Shown here: in pieces, positions 45,711 to 55,232 of the stretch
How positions within the stretch are numbered: position 1 is the first letter of the stretch
How the letters are laid out: each line of letters starts with the position of its first letter
NCBI GenBank assembly: GCA_964567185.1
Contig: CAZMKZ010000001.1
Location: 13,507 to 77,506 of the forward strand
DNA from: an uncultured Thermodesulfobacteriota bacterium
Lineage (GTDB): Bacteria > Desulfobacterota > GWC2-55-46 > JADFVP01
DNA: 64,000 nt
Direction: 5' to 3'
Made by a program: the position numbers and the translations under genes
Notes under the pieces: model-generated
Databases searched by the model: none
The model's input: the letters and a program-made list of their open reading frames with translations, nothing else
What the model was told of the DNA's origin: nothing

Positions 45711-47135
45711 GTGAGAGTGGAGATAGACAGGAGGCCCATATCAATAATCATCGCCAATAAGGCGCTGAGGCCCCTTTTTTTCCTTCTCCTTACGGTGGGA
45801 TTTTTCTCATTCCTATACCTCCCCGTGCCCGAGGGGCTGGGGCAGGGCGGCATGAGGGCCATAGCCGTCTTTCTTCTATGCCTTGTGCTCTGGGTCTCAA
45901 ATGCCGTTCCCGTGGCCATTACGGGGCTCTTCGCCATAGTCCTCGTGCCGCTTCTGGGCATACTGCCAAGGGGCGATACGTATTCCCTATTCGGCAATGA
46001 GGCCGTGTTTTTCATACTCGGCGCCTTTATCCTCTCCGGGGCGGTCATGCAGTCCGGCCTCTCGAACAGGGTGGCCCTGCGGCTGATGGAAAAATACGGC
46101 GGCTCTCCGAAGAGGCTTATCATAAGCATATTTCTTCTCGCCGCGGCACTCTCATTCGTAATGAGCGAGCACGCCGTTGCGGCCATGCTCTTTCCCATAG
46201 TGCTTGAGATATCAAAGAGCCTGAAGCTCCGGCCCGGCGTTTCCAACTACGGAAAGCTCCTCTTCTTTGCCCTTGCCTGGGGTTCGGTCATAGGCGGGGT
46301 GGGGACCTTTCTCGGCGGAGCGCGTGTGCCCCTTGCCATGGGCATTCTGAAGGAGACCACGGGCTCTACCATAGGCTTTCTGGATTATACCGTGGCCGTC
46401 GCGCCCCTTGTCGTGGTGCTGCTGGTGGTGGGATACATCGTGCTGACAAGGTTCTTTCCCATTGACATCGAGGGCGTAGAGAGCGCGCACGAGGTCATTG
46501 TAAGGCGCGCCCGCGCCCTTGGCAAGGTGCGCCCGGCAGAGTACGCCGTAGGGGCCATACTCCTTATTACCATCTTTTTCTGGGTGACCATTGGCAAGAC
46601 CGTGGGCCTTGCCGCCATCGCCATGGTCTCGGTGATGGCCCTCTTTGTATTGAAGCTCGTAAAGTGGCGTGAAATTGAGGAGTATGTGAACTGGGGAATA
46701 ATCCTCATGTACGGCGGGGCTATTATCCTCGGCACGGCCCTTGACAGGAGCGGCGCCGCCAAATGGATGGTAGACGCCATTATGACTCAATGGGCCGAGA
46801 CGCCGGTGACGGTGCTGGCGCTCTTTTCACTCCTGGCCATACTGCTCACCGAGTCCATGAGCAACGCCGCCGTCATCGCCGTGCTCCTGCCCGTGAGCAT
46901 CGGCATGGCCGGAAGCACCAATATGAGCCCGGAAGTCCTTACCTATGCCGTGGCCATTCCGGCGGGTCTGGCCTTTATGCTGCCCATGAGCACGCCGGCC
47001 AACGCCATCGCCGTATCAAGCGACTACATATCCGTGCGCGATATGGCAAAGGGAGGGGTGATAATGTTCATCACCTCATGGGTCACCTTTAATCTCATGG
47101 CCCATTTTTACTGGCCCCTCATAGGGCTAAGGTAG
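45711..47135 (+). CDS. SLC13/DASS-family anion permease (Na+/sulfate symporter-like). Start at GTG 45711 with RBS AAGGGAG; the track start 45660 overlaps the upstream gene
   Basis: Polytopic. The PVPEGLGQGGMRAIAVFLLCLVLWVSNAVPVAITGLF hairpin-loop motif is typical of DASS transporters. Confidence 0.65.
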   Translation: MRVEIDRRPISIIIANKALRPLFFLLLTVGFFSFLYLPVPEGLGQGGMRAIAVFLLCLVLWVSNAVPVAITGLFAIVLVPLLGILPRGDTYSLFGNEAVFFILGAFILSGAVMQSGLSNRVALRLMEKYGGSPKRLIISIFLLAAALSFVMSEHAVAAMLFPIVLEISKSLKLRPGVSNYGKLLFFALAWGSVIGGVGTFLGGARVPLAMGILKETTGSTIGFLDYTVAVAPLVVVLLVVGYIVLTRFFPIDIEGVESAHEVIVRRARALGKVRPAEYAVGAILLITIFFWVTIGKTVGLAAIAMVSVMALFVLKLVKWREIEEYVNWGIILMYGGAIILGTALDRSGAAKWMVDAIMTQWAETPVTVLALFSLLAILLTESMSNAAVIAVLLPVSIGMAGSTNMSPEVLTYAVAIPAGLAFMLPMSTPANAIAVSSDYISVRDMAKGGVIMFITSWVTFNLMAHFYWPLIGLR

Positions 47136-47224
47136 GGTTGGGGCAAAACCTGGCGGGTTTATGGGAAAAAATACCGATAAACCCGCCATTATTGTTTACC
47201 TTCCAGAGGATTTAGGTTAAAATA

Positions 47225-47689
47225 ATGGGCAATAAAATACTACTCGTTCTATCGACTCACTCGTACTCGGACCAGGCCGTTGAATATGCTGTCACGAGGG
47301 CCGCGCAGGAGGGCCGTGTGCTTGTGGCCTTCTTTCTGCTTGAGTCGGAGCTTGCCAGAGAGGCCTCGGAGAGGTTCTCGGATATCGGCTTTACAGGCGA
47401 CAAGCCTTCGGCCACGCTCACGGAGTCTCTTATGCGTGAGTACAGGCAGAGGGGCTACGAGGCCCTTGGCAGGGCGCAGATAAGGGCCATGGAGGAGGGC
47501 GTGAGCTTTGAGCCTCTTCTGGATGAAGGGCCTTATGTCTCCACCATACTCGATGCCATAGAGGTCAATGATATAGGACTTGTGGTTATACAGAAGCGCA
47601 GGGAGAGGTCTCTTTTCAAGTACTTTAAAAAGGGTCTTTCCGCAGAGGTGAAAGAGATGGCCTCCTGTGAGGTCGTTATAGTGGAGTAA
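47225..47689 (+). CDS. universal stress protein (UspA family)
   Basis: 154 aa Usp alpha/beta fold. NKILLVLSTHSYSDQAVEYAV...CEVVIVE. Confidence 0.75.
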   Translation: MGNKILLVLSTHSYSDQAVEYAVTRAAQEGRVLVAFFLLESELAREASERFSDIGFTGDKPSATLTESLMREYRQRGYEALGRAQIRAMEEGVSFEPLLDEGPYVSTILDAIEVNDIGLVVIQKRRERSLFKYFKKGLSAEVKEMASCEVVIVE

Positions 47690-47724
47690 TGTAAATTCAT
47701 CACGGTTGAAAGGGAGGATTCAAA

Positions 47725-48432
47725 ATGGCAGTAAAGAAGTGGTCTGAAGAAGAACTTAAAGAGGTATCCGCGGAGCTTGAAGACAAGGGGCCGCAGGCGG
47801 CCATTCAGTGGGCCGTGGACAATTTTGAGAGGCAGGACCTGTCCCTTGCCTGTAGCTTCGGCGCCGAGGATGTAGCCCTGGTGGATATGCTCGTGAAGAT
47901 AAAACCTGACGCCAGGATATTTTATCTTGATACAAACAAGCTCTTTAAGGAAACCATTGATGTTATGGAGCGCCTTAAGGAGAAGTACCACATAAACCCT
48001 GAAAAATACTGCACAAAGATGAGCCTTGAGGAGCAGGCCGAAAAATTTGGACCTGAGCTCTGGAAAAAAGACCCCAAGCAGTGTTGCGATATCAGGAAGA
48101 TAAAACCTCTTAGAGAGGCCCTGTCTGGGCTCAGCGCATGGATAACTGGCATAAGAAGGGACCAGGCCCCTGCAAGGGCCAATGCCCCTGTCGTTGGCTG
48201 GGATTCCATGTTCAACCTGGTGAAGATAAACCCCCTTGTCAAATGGACGAGCGACGATGTATGGGATTATATCCGCGCCAATGACGTGCCCTACAATGTG
48301 CTCCACGACAGGAATTATCCCTCCATCGGCTGTGAGCCATGCACCAATGAGGTAAAACCCGGCGAAGACCCCAGGGCCGGAAGATGGGCTGGTTTCAAGA
48401 AGACCGAGTGCGGCCTTCATGACAAATCATAG
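47725..48432 (+). CDS. cysH: assimilatory adenylyl-/phosphoadenylyl-sulfate reductase (CysH family, Fe-S type)
   Basis: PAPS_reduct fold (SFGAEDVALVDMLVKI). Fe-S Cys pairs KQCCDIRK and IGCEPCT. Catalytic C-terminal ECGLH. Confidence 0.85.
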   Translation: MAVKKWSEEELKEVSAELEDKGPQAAIQWAVDNFERQDLSLACSFGAEDVALVDMLVKIKPDARIFYLDTNKLFKETIDVMERLKEKYHINPEKYCTKMSLEEQAEKFGPELWKKDPKQCCDIRKIKPLREALSGLSAWITGIRRDQAPARANAPVVGWDSMFNLVKINPLVKWTSDDVWDYIRANDVPYNVLHDRNYPSIGCEPCTNEVKPGEDPRAGRWAGFKKTECGLHDKS

Positions 48433-48520
48433 ACATAACCAGTATGAGGTTGCTGCTTCAATATATTGATTTATCAGCCTTTATGTCTTTTAACCCACAG
48501 CATAAGGAGGTTCTCTAAAA

Positions 48521-49684
48521 GTGGAGTCATTGATACCGCCCCATGGCGGCGTGCTTGTTAACAGGGTCGTAGAGGGTAAGGCCCGTCTTGATATGGAAAA
48601 AGCCTCTCTTGATATGAATACCCTCACCCTTAATGCGAGGGAGATATCAGACCTTGAGATGATAGCCACGGGCGGGTTCAGCCCCCTCGAGGGGTTCATG
48701 TGTCATGACGATTATCACTCTGTCATGGATACCATGACGCTGATAAACGGCCTGCCCTGGACCATACCCGTAACCCTTTCTGTAACCACGGAGGAGGCGG
48801 CCGGACTTAAAGAGGGCGTGGATGTTGCCCTTAATAACGAAAAAGGGGAGCTTCTCGCTATCCTTCATCTTGAGGAGATTTTCAAGCATGACAAGGAAAA
48901 AGAGGCCCTTCGAGTATACGGCACCGCCGAAGACGCGCACCCGGGGGTGAAAAACGTCTATGCAATGGGCGAGATGCTTCTTGGCGGCAAGGTCTCCATG
49001 CTCAAACGCACCGAGTACGGCGAGTTCAATGAATACCGCAGGGACCCGCTTGAGACAAGACAGCTCTTCAAGAAGAACGGCTGGAGGCGTGTTGTGGGCT
49101 TTCAGACAAGAAACCCCATACACAGGGCCCATGAGTACATACAGAAGTGCGCCCTTGAGACAGTTGACGGTCTTCTCATACACCCCCTTGTGGGCGAGAC
49201 AAAGGCCGACGACATACCTGCCGATGTGCGGATGCGTTGCTACACGACCCTTATGGAGAAGTATTACCCCGCCGACAGGGTAGTGCTCTCCGTATACCCG
49301 GCGGCCATGCGCTACGCAGGCCCCCGTGAAGCCGTCTTTCATGCCCTGATTCGCAAAAATTACGGCTGTACGCATTTTATCGTAGGCAGAGACCACGCAG
49401 GGGTGGGCGGGTATTACGGCACCTTTGACGCCCATCTCATATTCGACCAGTTCGAGCCCGAGGCCATAGGCATAGCGCCCATGTTCTTTGACTATACCTT
49501 TCATTGCAGGAGCTGCGGCGGCATGGCCTCGTACAAGACCTGCCCCCACGATTCATCGGAGCATATTACCCTTTCGGGAACAAAGGTAAGGGAGATGCTG
49601 AGGGCCGGAACGTGCCCTCCGCCTGAATTCTCAAGGCCGGAGGTGGCAAAGGTCCTCATTGAAGCCATGAAGCCGGCGGATTAA
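48521..49684 (+). CDS. sat: sulfate adenylyltransferase (ATP sulfurylase)
   Basis: GTG start with [26 protein letters not shown] and GRDHAGVG motifs. Confidence 0.9.
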   Translation: MESLIPPHGGVLVNRVVEGKARLDMEKASLDMNTLTLNAREISDLEMIATGGFSPLEGFMCHDDYHSVMDTMTLINGLPWTIPVTLSVTTEEAAGLKEGVDVALNNEKGELLAILHLEEIFKHDKEKEALRVYGTAEDAHPGVKNVYAMGEMLLGGKVSMLKRTEYGEFNEYRRDPLETRQLFKKNGWRRVVGFQTRNPIHRAHEYIQKCALETVDGLLIHPLVGETKADDIPADVRMRCYTTLMEKYYPADRVVLSVYPAAMRYAGPREAVFHALIRKNYGCTHFIVGRDHAGVGGYYGTFDAHLIFDQFEPEAIGIAPMFFDYTFHCRSCGGMASYKTCPHDSSEHITLSGTKVREMLRAGTCPPPEFSRPEVAKVLIEAMKPAD

Positions 49685-49710
49685 GGACGGCTCTCAACCA
49701 GCGTCATTAA

Positions 49711-49740
49711 AAGGCCCCTCATGGAGGGGTCTTTTTTTTT
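49711..49740 (+). terminator. rho-independent terminator after sat (GGCCCCTC-ATG-GAGGGGTC plus T10)
   Basis: Perfect 8-bp GC-rich stem followed by ten T residues. Confidence 0.7.
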
Positions 49741-50002
49741 GGGCAATAATTGCAGTCCGCCTTAATCGTTCTTTTTTTTACCTTTTAATCTTGTTCTCAT
49801 GTTATATGATGAATATTAATAGTATCTCTGAAGTATTATGGCCGCTTTTTTGTCATTATGTCGTAATGCCCTTCGCGGGGGGCGGGGTAGAGCCGGCTGG
49901 TTTACAGCAGGGGGCTTGAGGGTTTGGCGCTCCATGGCCGGTCTTTTGTCATGAGAGCCGATTTACGTAACCTGTACTCAATAATAAGTGTGTCCATGAC
50001 TT

Positions 50003-50776
50003 ATGATTCGTAAGGGTCTCAGCTGTTTTTGGATAATACTGCTTCCACTGCTCTTTTTATACGGTTGCGGCGCCACGCACGGGCCGTATTATATCGCGCC
50101 CAACCCCTATTCACCCGTGCGCACCATTGCCGTCCTGCCCGTATACAACATCACCAATGACGTCGGCGGCGCCGATATGGTGCGCAGGCAGGTATACAAG
50201 GAGTTTGTATACAGGCATTACAGCGTCATGCCCCTTGCAGAGTCGGACCGCATGCTAAGGGAGAAAATGGGCATTACCCTCGGCGGTCAGCTTGAGTATA
50301 CCAACGCGCAGGCAGTGGCAAAGGCGCTTGGCGTGGATGGCCTTGTCTACGGGTATCTTCTTAATTTTGACGATATTACTACCGGGGTATATAATGTAAA
50401 AGAGGTAAGAGCGGGGTTTAAACTCATCGACGGCTCCACCGGCGGGGTAATCTGGGCTAATGGCGGCGGTGTGAAGAGCTTTTACGTGGCCGGCAGGGCC
50501 GGGACCGCCGTGACGATACTCAAGGAGATTGGTTCCGGCCGCGAGGTGCCCTCCCTCATTAGCGGGCTCAAGGATATACCTGGACTTAAGGACTGGCATA
50601 TAATACGGGTCATATATCTTGAAAAACTGGAGCATGCGGCCGCTTTCTCCCTTGGAGAGGAGATAGTGACGAGTGTATTTCGAGTTCACCTCAAGTTTGA
50701 GACAAACGCGCTTTTAAGGAGAGTATTAAGGTCTCTGCCCGCCGGACCGGGCGAACTGGCCCCGGCGAGCGGCTGA
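50003..50776 (+). CDS. lipoprotein (lipobox LFLYGC), possibly DUF799/GNA1162-like
   Basis: Signal peptide plus lipobox. IAVLPVYNITNDVGGADMV resembles the DUF799/LpoB-type lipoprotein motif. Precedes a CsgG-like gene. Confidence 0.45.
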   Translation: MIRKGLSCFWIILLPLLFLYGCGATHGPYYIAPNPYSPVRTIAVLPVYNITNDVGGADMVRRQVYKEFVYRHYSVMPLAESDRMLREKMGITLGGQLEYTNAQAVAKALGVDGLVYGYLLNFDDITTGVYNVKEVRAGFKLIDGSTGGVIWANGGGVKSFYVAGRAGTAVTILKEIGSGREVPSLISGLKDIPGLKDWHIIRVIYLEKLEHAAAFSLGEEIVTSVFRVHLKFETNALLRRVLRSLPAGPGELAPASG

Positions 50777-50815
50777 GGCGTGGAAGGGTAATTTGCTTAA
50801 AAAGGAGATTTAATC

Positions 50816-51802
50816 ATGGTCAATATATCGCCGCACAGGTTCAAGGGTTCATGCGTCCCTGTTTTTTTGGCCCTTCTCTCTATTATCTTTCTCGCCGGGT
50901 GCGGGCCTACCATAAAGGGTTCCGTAAAGGAGGACGTAAGCAGGACAGGAGAGTCGGGGAGGCTGGAAGCTGAAGGCCTTGATTACAGGGGGCCTTCATA
51001 CAACGTGGCCATTATCGCCTTCAGGGACAAGACCCCGGGCAGGGCCCTTGGCGTTGCAAGGGCCGCTACGGATATTCTGAGGACTATTGTAAAGCACGCG
51101 GGTCTTGAGCCCATTGTCCTCACTGAAGATGACCTGCGCGAGCAGGAGAGCCTCAGCGCCTTTCAGGAGACGGGCGTTCTCAAAAAGGGCAAGAAGAACG
51201 TGCTTGCAGGTTATGACTCCGTGGACTTCAGGATATCCGGGGCCGTGACTGCCTACTCGGCTGTTGAGGAGAGCACAAACGTCTTGCTGGCGCAGTCCAA
51301 GACCGTCATCTCAAGGGTGCAGGTGGATTATGCCCTCGTAGACGTAGAGACGGGCAAGAGCCTTGTGGCGGATTCGGGCATGGGCGAGTACAGAAAGACC
51401 ACGGGAGGGCTCCTTGGTCTGGGCTCAAAGTCTACCTTTGACATGAGCCTGCGAGACGGGGCGCTTCGCGACGCCCTTACAAAGGCCATGACAAGGATGG
51501 TGGCAAAACTGAACACTCTGCCCTTCAGGGGGCGCGTCCTATCCGTGGAGGGCAATACCCTTTATATCAGGGCCGGCACAAAGAGCAGGCTAGCCACGGG
51601 CACCGTCCTCTCTGTGTACCGGCGCGGTAAAGAGCTTGTAGACCCGGATACTGGCAGGGTAATCGGCAGGGCAGAGTCAAAGATAGGCGAGGTCGTATTG
51701 AGCTCGCATCAGGATGAGAGCATCTCGCGCGCTATCATCAAAAGCGGAAGCGGCTTCAGGGCCGGAGACGTTATAAGGACCTCATCGGGGGCCGCCGGGT
51801 GA
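50816..51802 (+). CDS. CsgG-family outer-membrane lipoprotein with a C-terminal SH3-like extension
   Basis: Lipobox FLAGC. YNVAIIAFRDKTPGRALGVARAATDILRTIVKHAGLEPIVLTEDDLREQ matches the CsgG pattern (krvaV.pFenktg...lg..ltdml.taL...g.f.vveR..l..l..Eq). Confidence 0.7.
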   Translation: MVNISPHRFKGSCVPVFLALLSIIFLAGCGPTIKGSVKEDVSRTGESGRLEAEGLDYRGPSYNVAIIAFRDKTPGRALGVARAATDILRTIVKHAGLEPIVLTEDDLREQESLSAFQETGVLKKGKKNVLAGYDSVDFRISGAVTAYSAVEESTNVLLAQSKTVISRVQVDYALVDVETGKSLVADSGMGEYRKTTGGLLGLGSKSTFDMSLRDGALRDALTKAMTRMVAKLNTLPFRGRVLSVEGNTLYIRAGTKSRLATGTVLSVYRRGKELVDPDTGRVIGRAESKIGEVVLSSHQDESISRAIIKSGSGFRAGDVIRTSSGAAG

Positions 51803-53037
51803 CAGAGGGGTTAAAAAAAGGTCCGGTATCAAGGGGGGTAAGAGGCGGCGCCGGCGCATATGTCTTTTTTGCCGTCCTTTTCGCCATAACCCTTGCCGGT
51901 TGCGGCGGTCCGTCCTCGAAGTGCCTCCTCTCCGATGACAGGATAGGAGAGTCCTATCTTTACGGCATGAACTATCTTGGAAAAAAACAGGCAATGCTTG
52001 CCGCGGGCGCCTTCAAGAGCATACTCGCCTGCAACGAGAGGTTCTCGCCTGCCTACAGCGGACTTGCCGTATCCTACGCGCAGATAGCCGCCGCCGGTAT
52101 CAACCCCGACGGCAAGACTATAATGGCCTCTTCAGTGGCCCTTAGGAAGGCGGAAAAGTATTCCACCGGCAGGGAGGATACCTTCCGACGCCATATAGCC
52201 GCCATGCGCGCAGCTACTATCTATAAGTCTCCGGGTTGGTTCGTGACGGTAGAGAACGAGTACAGGCTTGCCATGAAGACAAGGGTTGAGGCCGCGAAAC
52301 TTCCCTATTACCAGAGCAGCGACGCCGCCGGGTACTTCATGGGCAATGCTTTTTTCGACGCGGGGCTTATCGAGAGCGCCATGGCCGAGTACGAGGCCCT
52401 TTTCAAGGTAAACCGTCTTGACAGGTGGGGCAGGCTCTCTCAAAAGGCATTCAAGAGGAGCGGCCTCATATTGAGTCATATAGAAAGGTCCGTGGCAGGG
52501 CCCGATGTGGTGGTTCTTGCCTTTCATAAAGATGTTACAAGGGGAGACGTGGCGGCTATCCTCATAGGTGAACTACAGGTTGATGAACTGCTCGGCATTA
52601 ATGAGATACCGATGGGTATGAGAAACAATACCTCCCCGGTGCCCGTCGATATCCTGAAGAGCCCCTTCAAGGCCAAGATACTGAAGGTGATAAGGCTGCA
52701 CATAAAGGGGCTTGAGCCATCCTATTCGCCGGAATCCTCAACATACCTTTTCAGGCCCCGTAAGGTGGTCTCCAGAAAAGACTTCGCCGTCATTATGGAT
52801 GATATACTTAAGAGGTTATCGGCCTTTACACCGGCCTTTAGTGAGGGGGCCCATAAAGAGCGGAGCTTCACCGACGTGCCGCCCGATGAGCCCTGGCACA
52901 AGGCAGTAATGGACGTTACAAGGCGCAGTCTTATGAGTTCTGTCTCGGGCAGGCTCTTCAGGCCCGATGAAGGCCTTGACGGTCCCGACGCCTTCAGCGC
53001 AGTTTTTGGCCTCAAGAGAATGCTTGAGTCGCGCTAA
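51799..53037 (+). CDS. lipoprotein (lipobox LAGCG) with a TPR-like N-terminal region
   Basis: Signal peptide plus lipobox. 4-nt overlap with the CsgG-like gene. Confidence 0.4.
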   Translation: MTEGLKKGPVSRGVRGGAGAYVFFAVLFAITLAGCGGPSSKCLLSDDRIGESYLYGMNYLGKKQAMLAAGAFKSILACNERFSPAYSGLAVSYAQIAAAGINPDGKTIMASSVALRKAEKYSTGREDTFRRHIAAMRAATIYKSPGWFVTVENEYRLAMKTRVEAAKLPYYQSSDAAGYFMGNAFFDAGLIESAMAEYEALFKVNRLDRWGRLSQKAFKRSGLILSHIERSVAGPDVVVLAFHKDVTRGDVAAILIGELQVDELLGINEIPMGMRNNTSPVPVDILKSPFKAKILKVIRLHIKGLEPSYSPESSTYLFRPRKVVSRKDFAVIMDDILKRLSAFTPAFSEGAHKERSFTDVPPDEPWHKAVMDVTRRSLMSSVSGRLFRPDEGLDGPDAFSAVFGLKRMLESR

Positions 53038-53271
53038 GCCCCCCTCATGAGCGCTATCCCATAATCGCACGCAACCCCCTTTTTATTCTTTGTCAATAAA
53101 AACAGCACCGCTTAATAAGCTGTTTTAACAGCATTTTTTTGCTATTTCGAGTTTGCTTTCTCAAGCCTGCCCCCGGTGACCGTGGTCACACCCATCTGCA
53201 CCCCTTTTTTGTATAATCAGGTTGTGGATTAAGAGTGTTGTTCTTGTTGACTGAAGAAAAGGAGGTAAGCA

Positions 53272-54027
53272 GTGCGAAGACTTGTTATGGCAGTATCAGT
53301 CTTTATCTCATTTCTTCTCTTAAGCGTTAATGCTTACGCCCTCGTTGATGTTGAGGCGAGATACTGGTTTACCAACCTTGATGCAAACATCGAGGCCAAC
53401 AGCGGCACTGTCATAGGCACGGACCTGGACCTTGTAAACGACCTCGGTGTAGACGACCATGAAAACTTCCTTGAGGGCAGGATTACCCTTGAGCTTGGCC
53501 ATCATAGTTTTCGTTACGCCTACATGCCCCTTTCATGGAGCGGTAACGGAGTGGTTGCGCAGAACATAAGCTTTGCAGGAAAGACTTTTTCGGCCTCTAC
53601 CGCTGTTTCCACGGATGTGCAGATAGATTACCACCGTTTCAGTTACCGCTATGATTTTTTTAATAAACTGAAGAACCGTATTGGTGTTATCGCTGAGGTC
53701 AAGTACTTTGACGGCAGGGTGAACCTCAAGGACGCGGCACTCGGACTCGACGAGTCCACGCGTCTGCAGATACCCATGCCGGCCATCGGCATAGGCGGTC
53801 AGATATCCATACCTTTGCTCGCTAAAATAGGGGCCGAGGTGACGGGTATGAGCCTCGGCACGCTGGCCTATGTGCTTGACGCAGAGGCCAACATCGGTTT
53901 CAAGCCACTGCCCTTTGTAGACATCTCCGCCGGGTACAGGTACTTGAAATTCCATATTGACAAAGATGGAGATGTGGGCAGCATTAGCCTGAGAGGACCC
54001 TTTATCACATTGACGGCTGATTTTTAA
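53272..54027 (+). CDS. outer-membrane beta-barrel protein
   Basis: Signal peptide, alternating hydrophobic beta-strand pattern, and a C-terminal aromatic residue (…TLTADF*). Confidence 0.5.
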   Translation: MRRLVMAVSVFISFLLLSVNAYALVDVEARYWFTNLDANIEANSGTVIGTDLDLVNDLGVDDHENFLEGRITLELGHHSFRYAYMPLSWSGNGVVAQNISFAGKTFSASTAVSTDVQIDYHRFSYRYDFFNKLKNRIGVIAEVKYFDGRVNLKDAALGLDESTRLQIPMPAIGIGGQISIPLLAKIGAEVTGMSLGTLAYVLDAEANIGFKPLPFVDISAGYRYLKFHIDKDGDVGSISLRGPFITLTADF

Positions 54028-54250
54028 TTTTCTCAAGGCCCCGCTTTCACCGGTCTTTCATAAAGTCAAAATGTTATTGCGCTGTTTTTACGTGACCTTT
54101 TGTGTTAAATTATAATTTCGAGGGCGCGCCTTGTGTGCATGAGAGCCGGTGTTGCAAGGCCTCTTGCAGGGGCGCTCTTACAGGTTTTCTTTTTTTTGTA
54201 TATAAGGCGTAGCGCCATAATTTTCATACCATTTAAACCCTGATTAACCC

Positions 54251-55219
54251 TTGATGAAATACAGGTATATGCCTGGCCGGGCGAGCCGCTATCCTGCCAT
54301 GGCGGGGTACTTTTTTCTCCTTCTCATGGCCGTGACCTTTTACGGTTGCGCCACTGCGGAAAAGACTCCTACCGAGGATACCTTCCTTCTGGAGAGGGCC
54401 CGCCATACAAGAGAGAGCGGAAACGCGGCCTATGCCGAAGGTGATTACCGGAGGGCGCTCTTGAAGTACAGGGAGGCCTTTGAGATTGACAGCCGGATAA
54501 ACGGGCAGAGCGGGCAGATATCCGACCTTATCGGAGCGGGCAGGGCCTATACCGGACTCGGCAACGAGGAGCAGGCAACGCGGTATCTTACGAGAGCCGT
54601 GAAAAAGGCCTTTTCCTCAAGGGACGACAGGGGGCTTTCCCGCGCCTACTCCGCCCTGGCGAGAAGTTATCTCAAAGGCCGTAAATACAGCCTCGCGTTG
54701 CAGAACGTCAATGACGCCATAAGCCTTGAGAGGGCCGGCGGCAGAGAGCCCCTTGAGCTCTTTAACCTCGCGGCAGTCATCTACCTTAAGGCCGGAAGGC
54801 TCAACGAGGCCGGACTCATGATAGAGAGCGCCCTCAGGGCCGTGGCCACGGCCCCAGGCCCCGCCAGACTTGCCGATATATACAGGATAAAGGCCGTAAT
54901 ACTCTCGAAAAAAGGGGATATCGCCGGGTCAATGCGTTATTTTGATATGGCGTACGACGTTGACAGGGCGCTCGAAGACAATAGAAAGATGGCGCTTGAC
55001 CTCTGGAGCGCCGCGGTGGTCCTCATTGACTCGGGGCGCTATGACGAGGCCGTAACCAGACTTAAAAAATCCTACCTCCTTTACAGAAAAAGCGGCTTTT
55101 TGGAAGGTGCCGTAAGAGACCTTGATAAACTTGTTGAAGTTTATCTCGCTTTGGGGGATAAGAAAAGTGAGCGGTATTACCGCAACATGAAAGAGGCTGT
55201 TCTGGCCGACATGAGATGA
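54251..55219 (+). CDS. TPR-repeat lipoprotein
   Basis: Lipobox FYGCA. Multiple TPR-like repeats (…AYAEGDYRRAL.KYREA…). Confidence 0.55.
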   Translation: MMKYRYMPGRASRYPAMAGYFFLLLMAVTFYGCATAEKTPTEDTFLLERARHTRESGNAAYAEGDYRRALLKYREAFEIDSRINGQSGQISDLIGAGRAYTGLGNEEQATRYLTRAVKKAFSSRDDRGLSRAYSALARSYLKGRKYSLALQNVNDAISLERAGGREPLELFNLAAVIYLKAGRLNEAGLMIESALRAVATAPGPARLADIYRIKAVILSKKGDIAGSMRYFDMAYDVDRALEDNRKMALDLWSAAVVLIDSGRYDEAVTRLKKSYLLYRKSGFLEGAVRDLDKLVEVYLALGDKKSERYYRNMKEAVLADMR

Positions 55220-55232
55220 AAAGACGGGTCCG

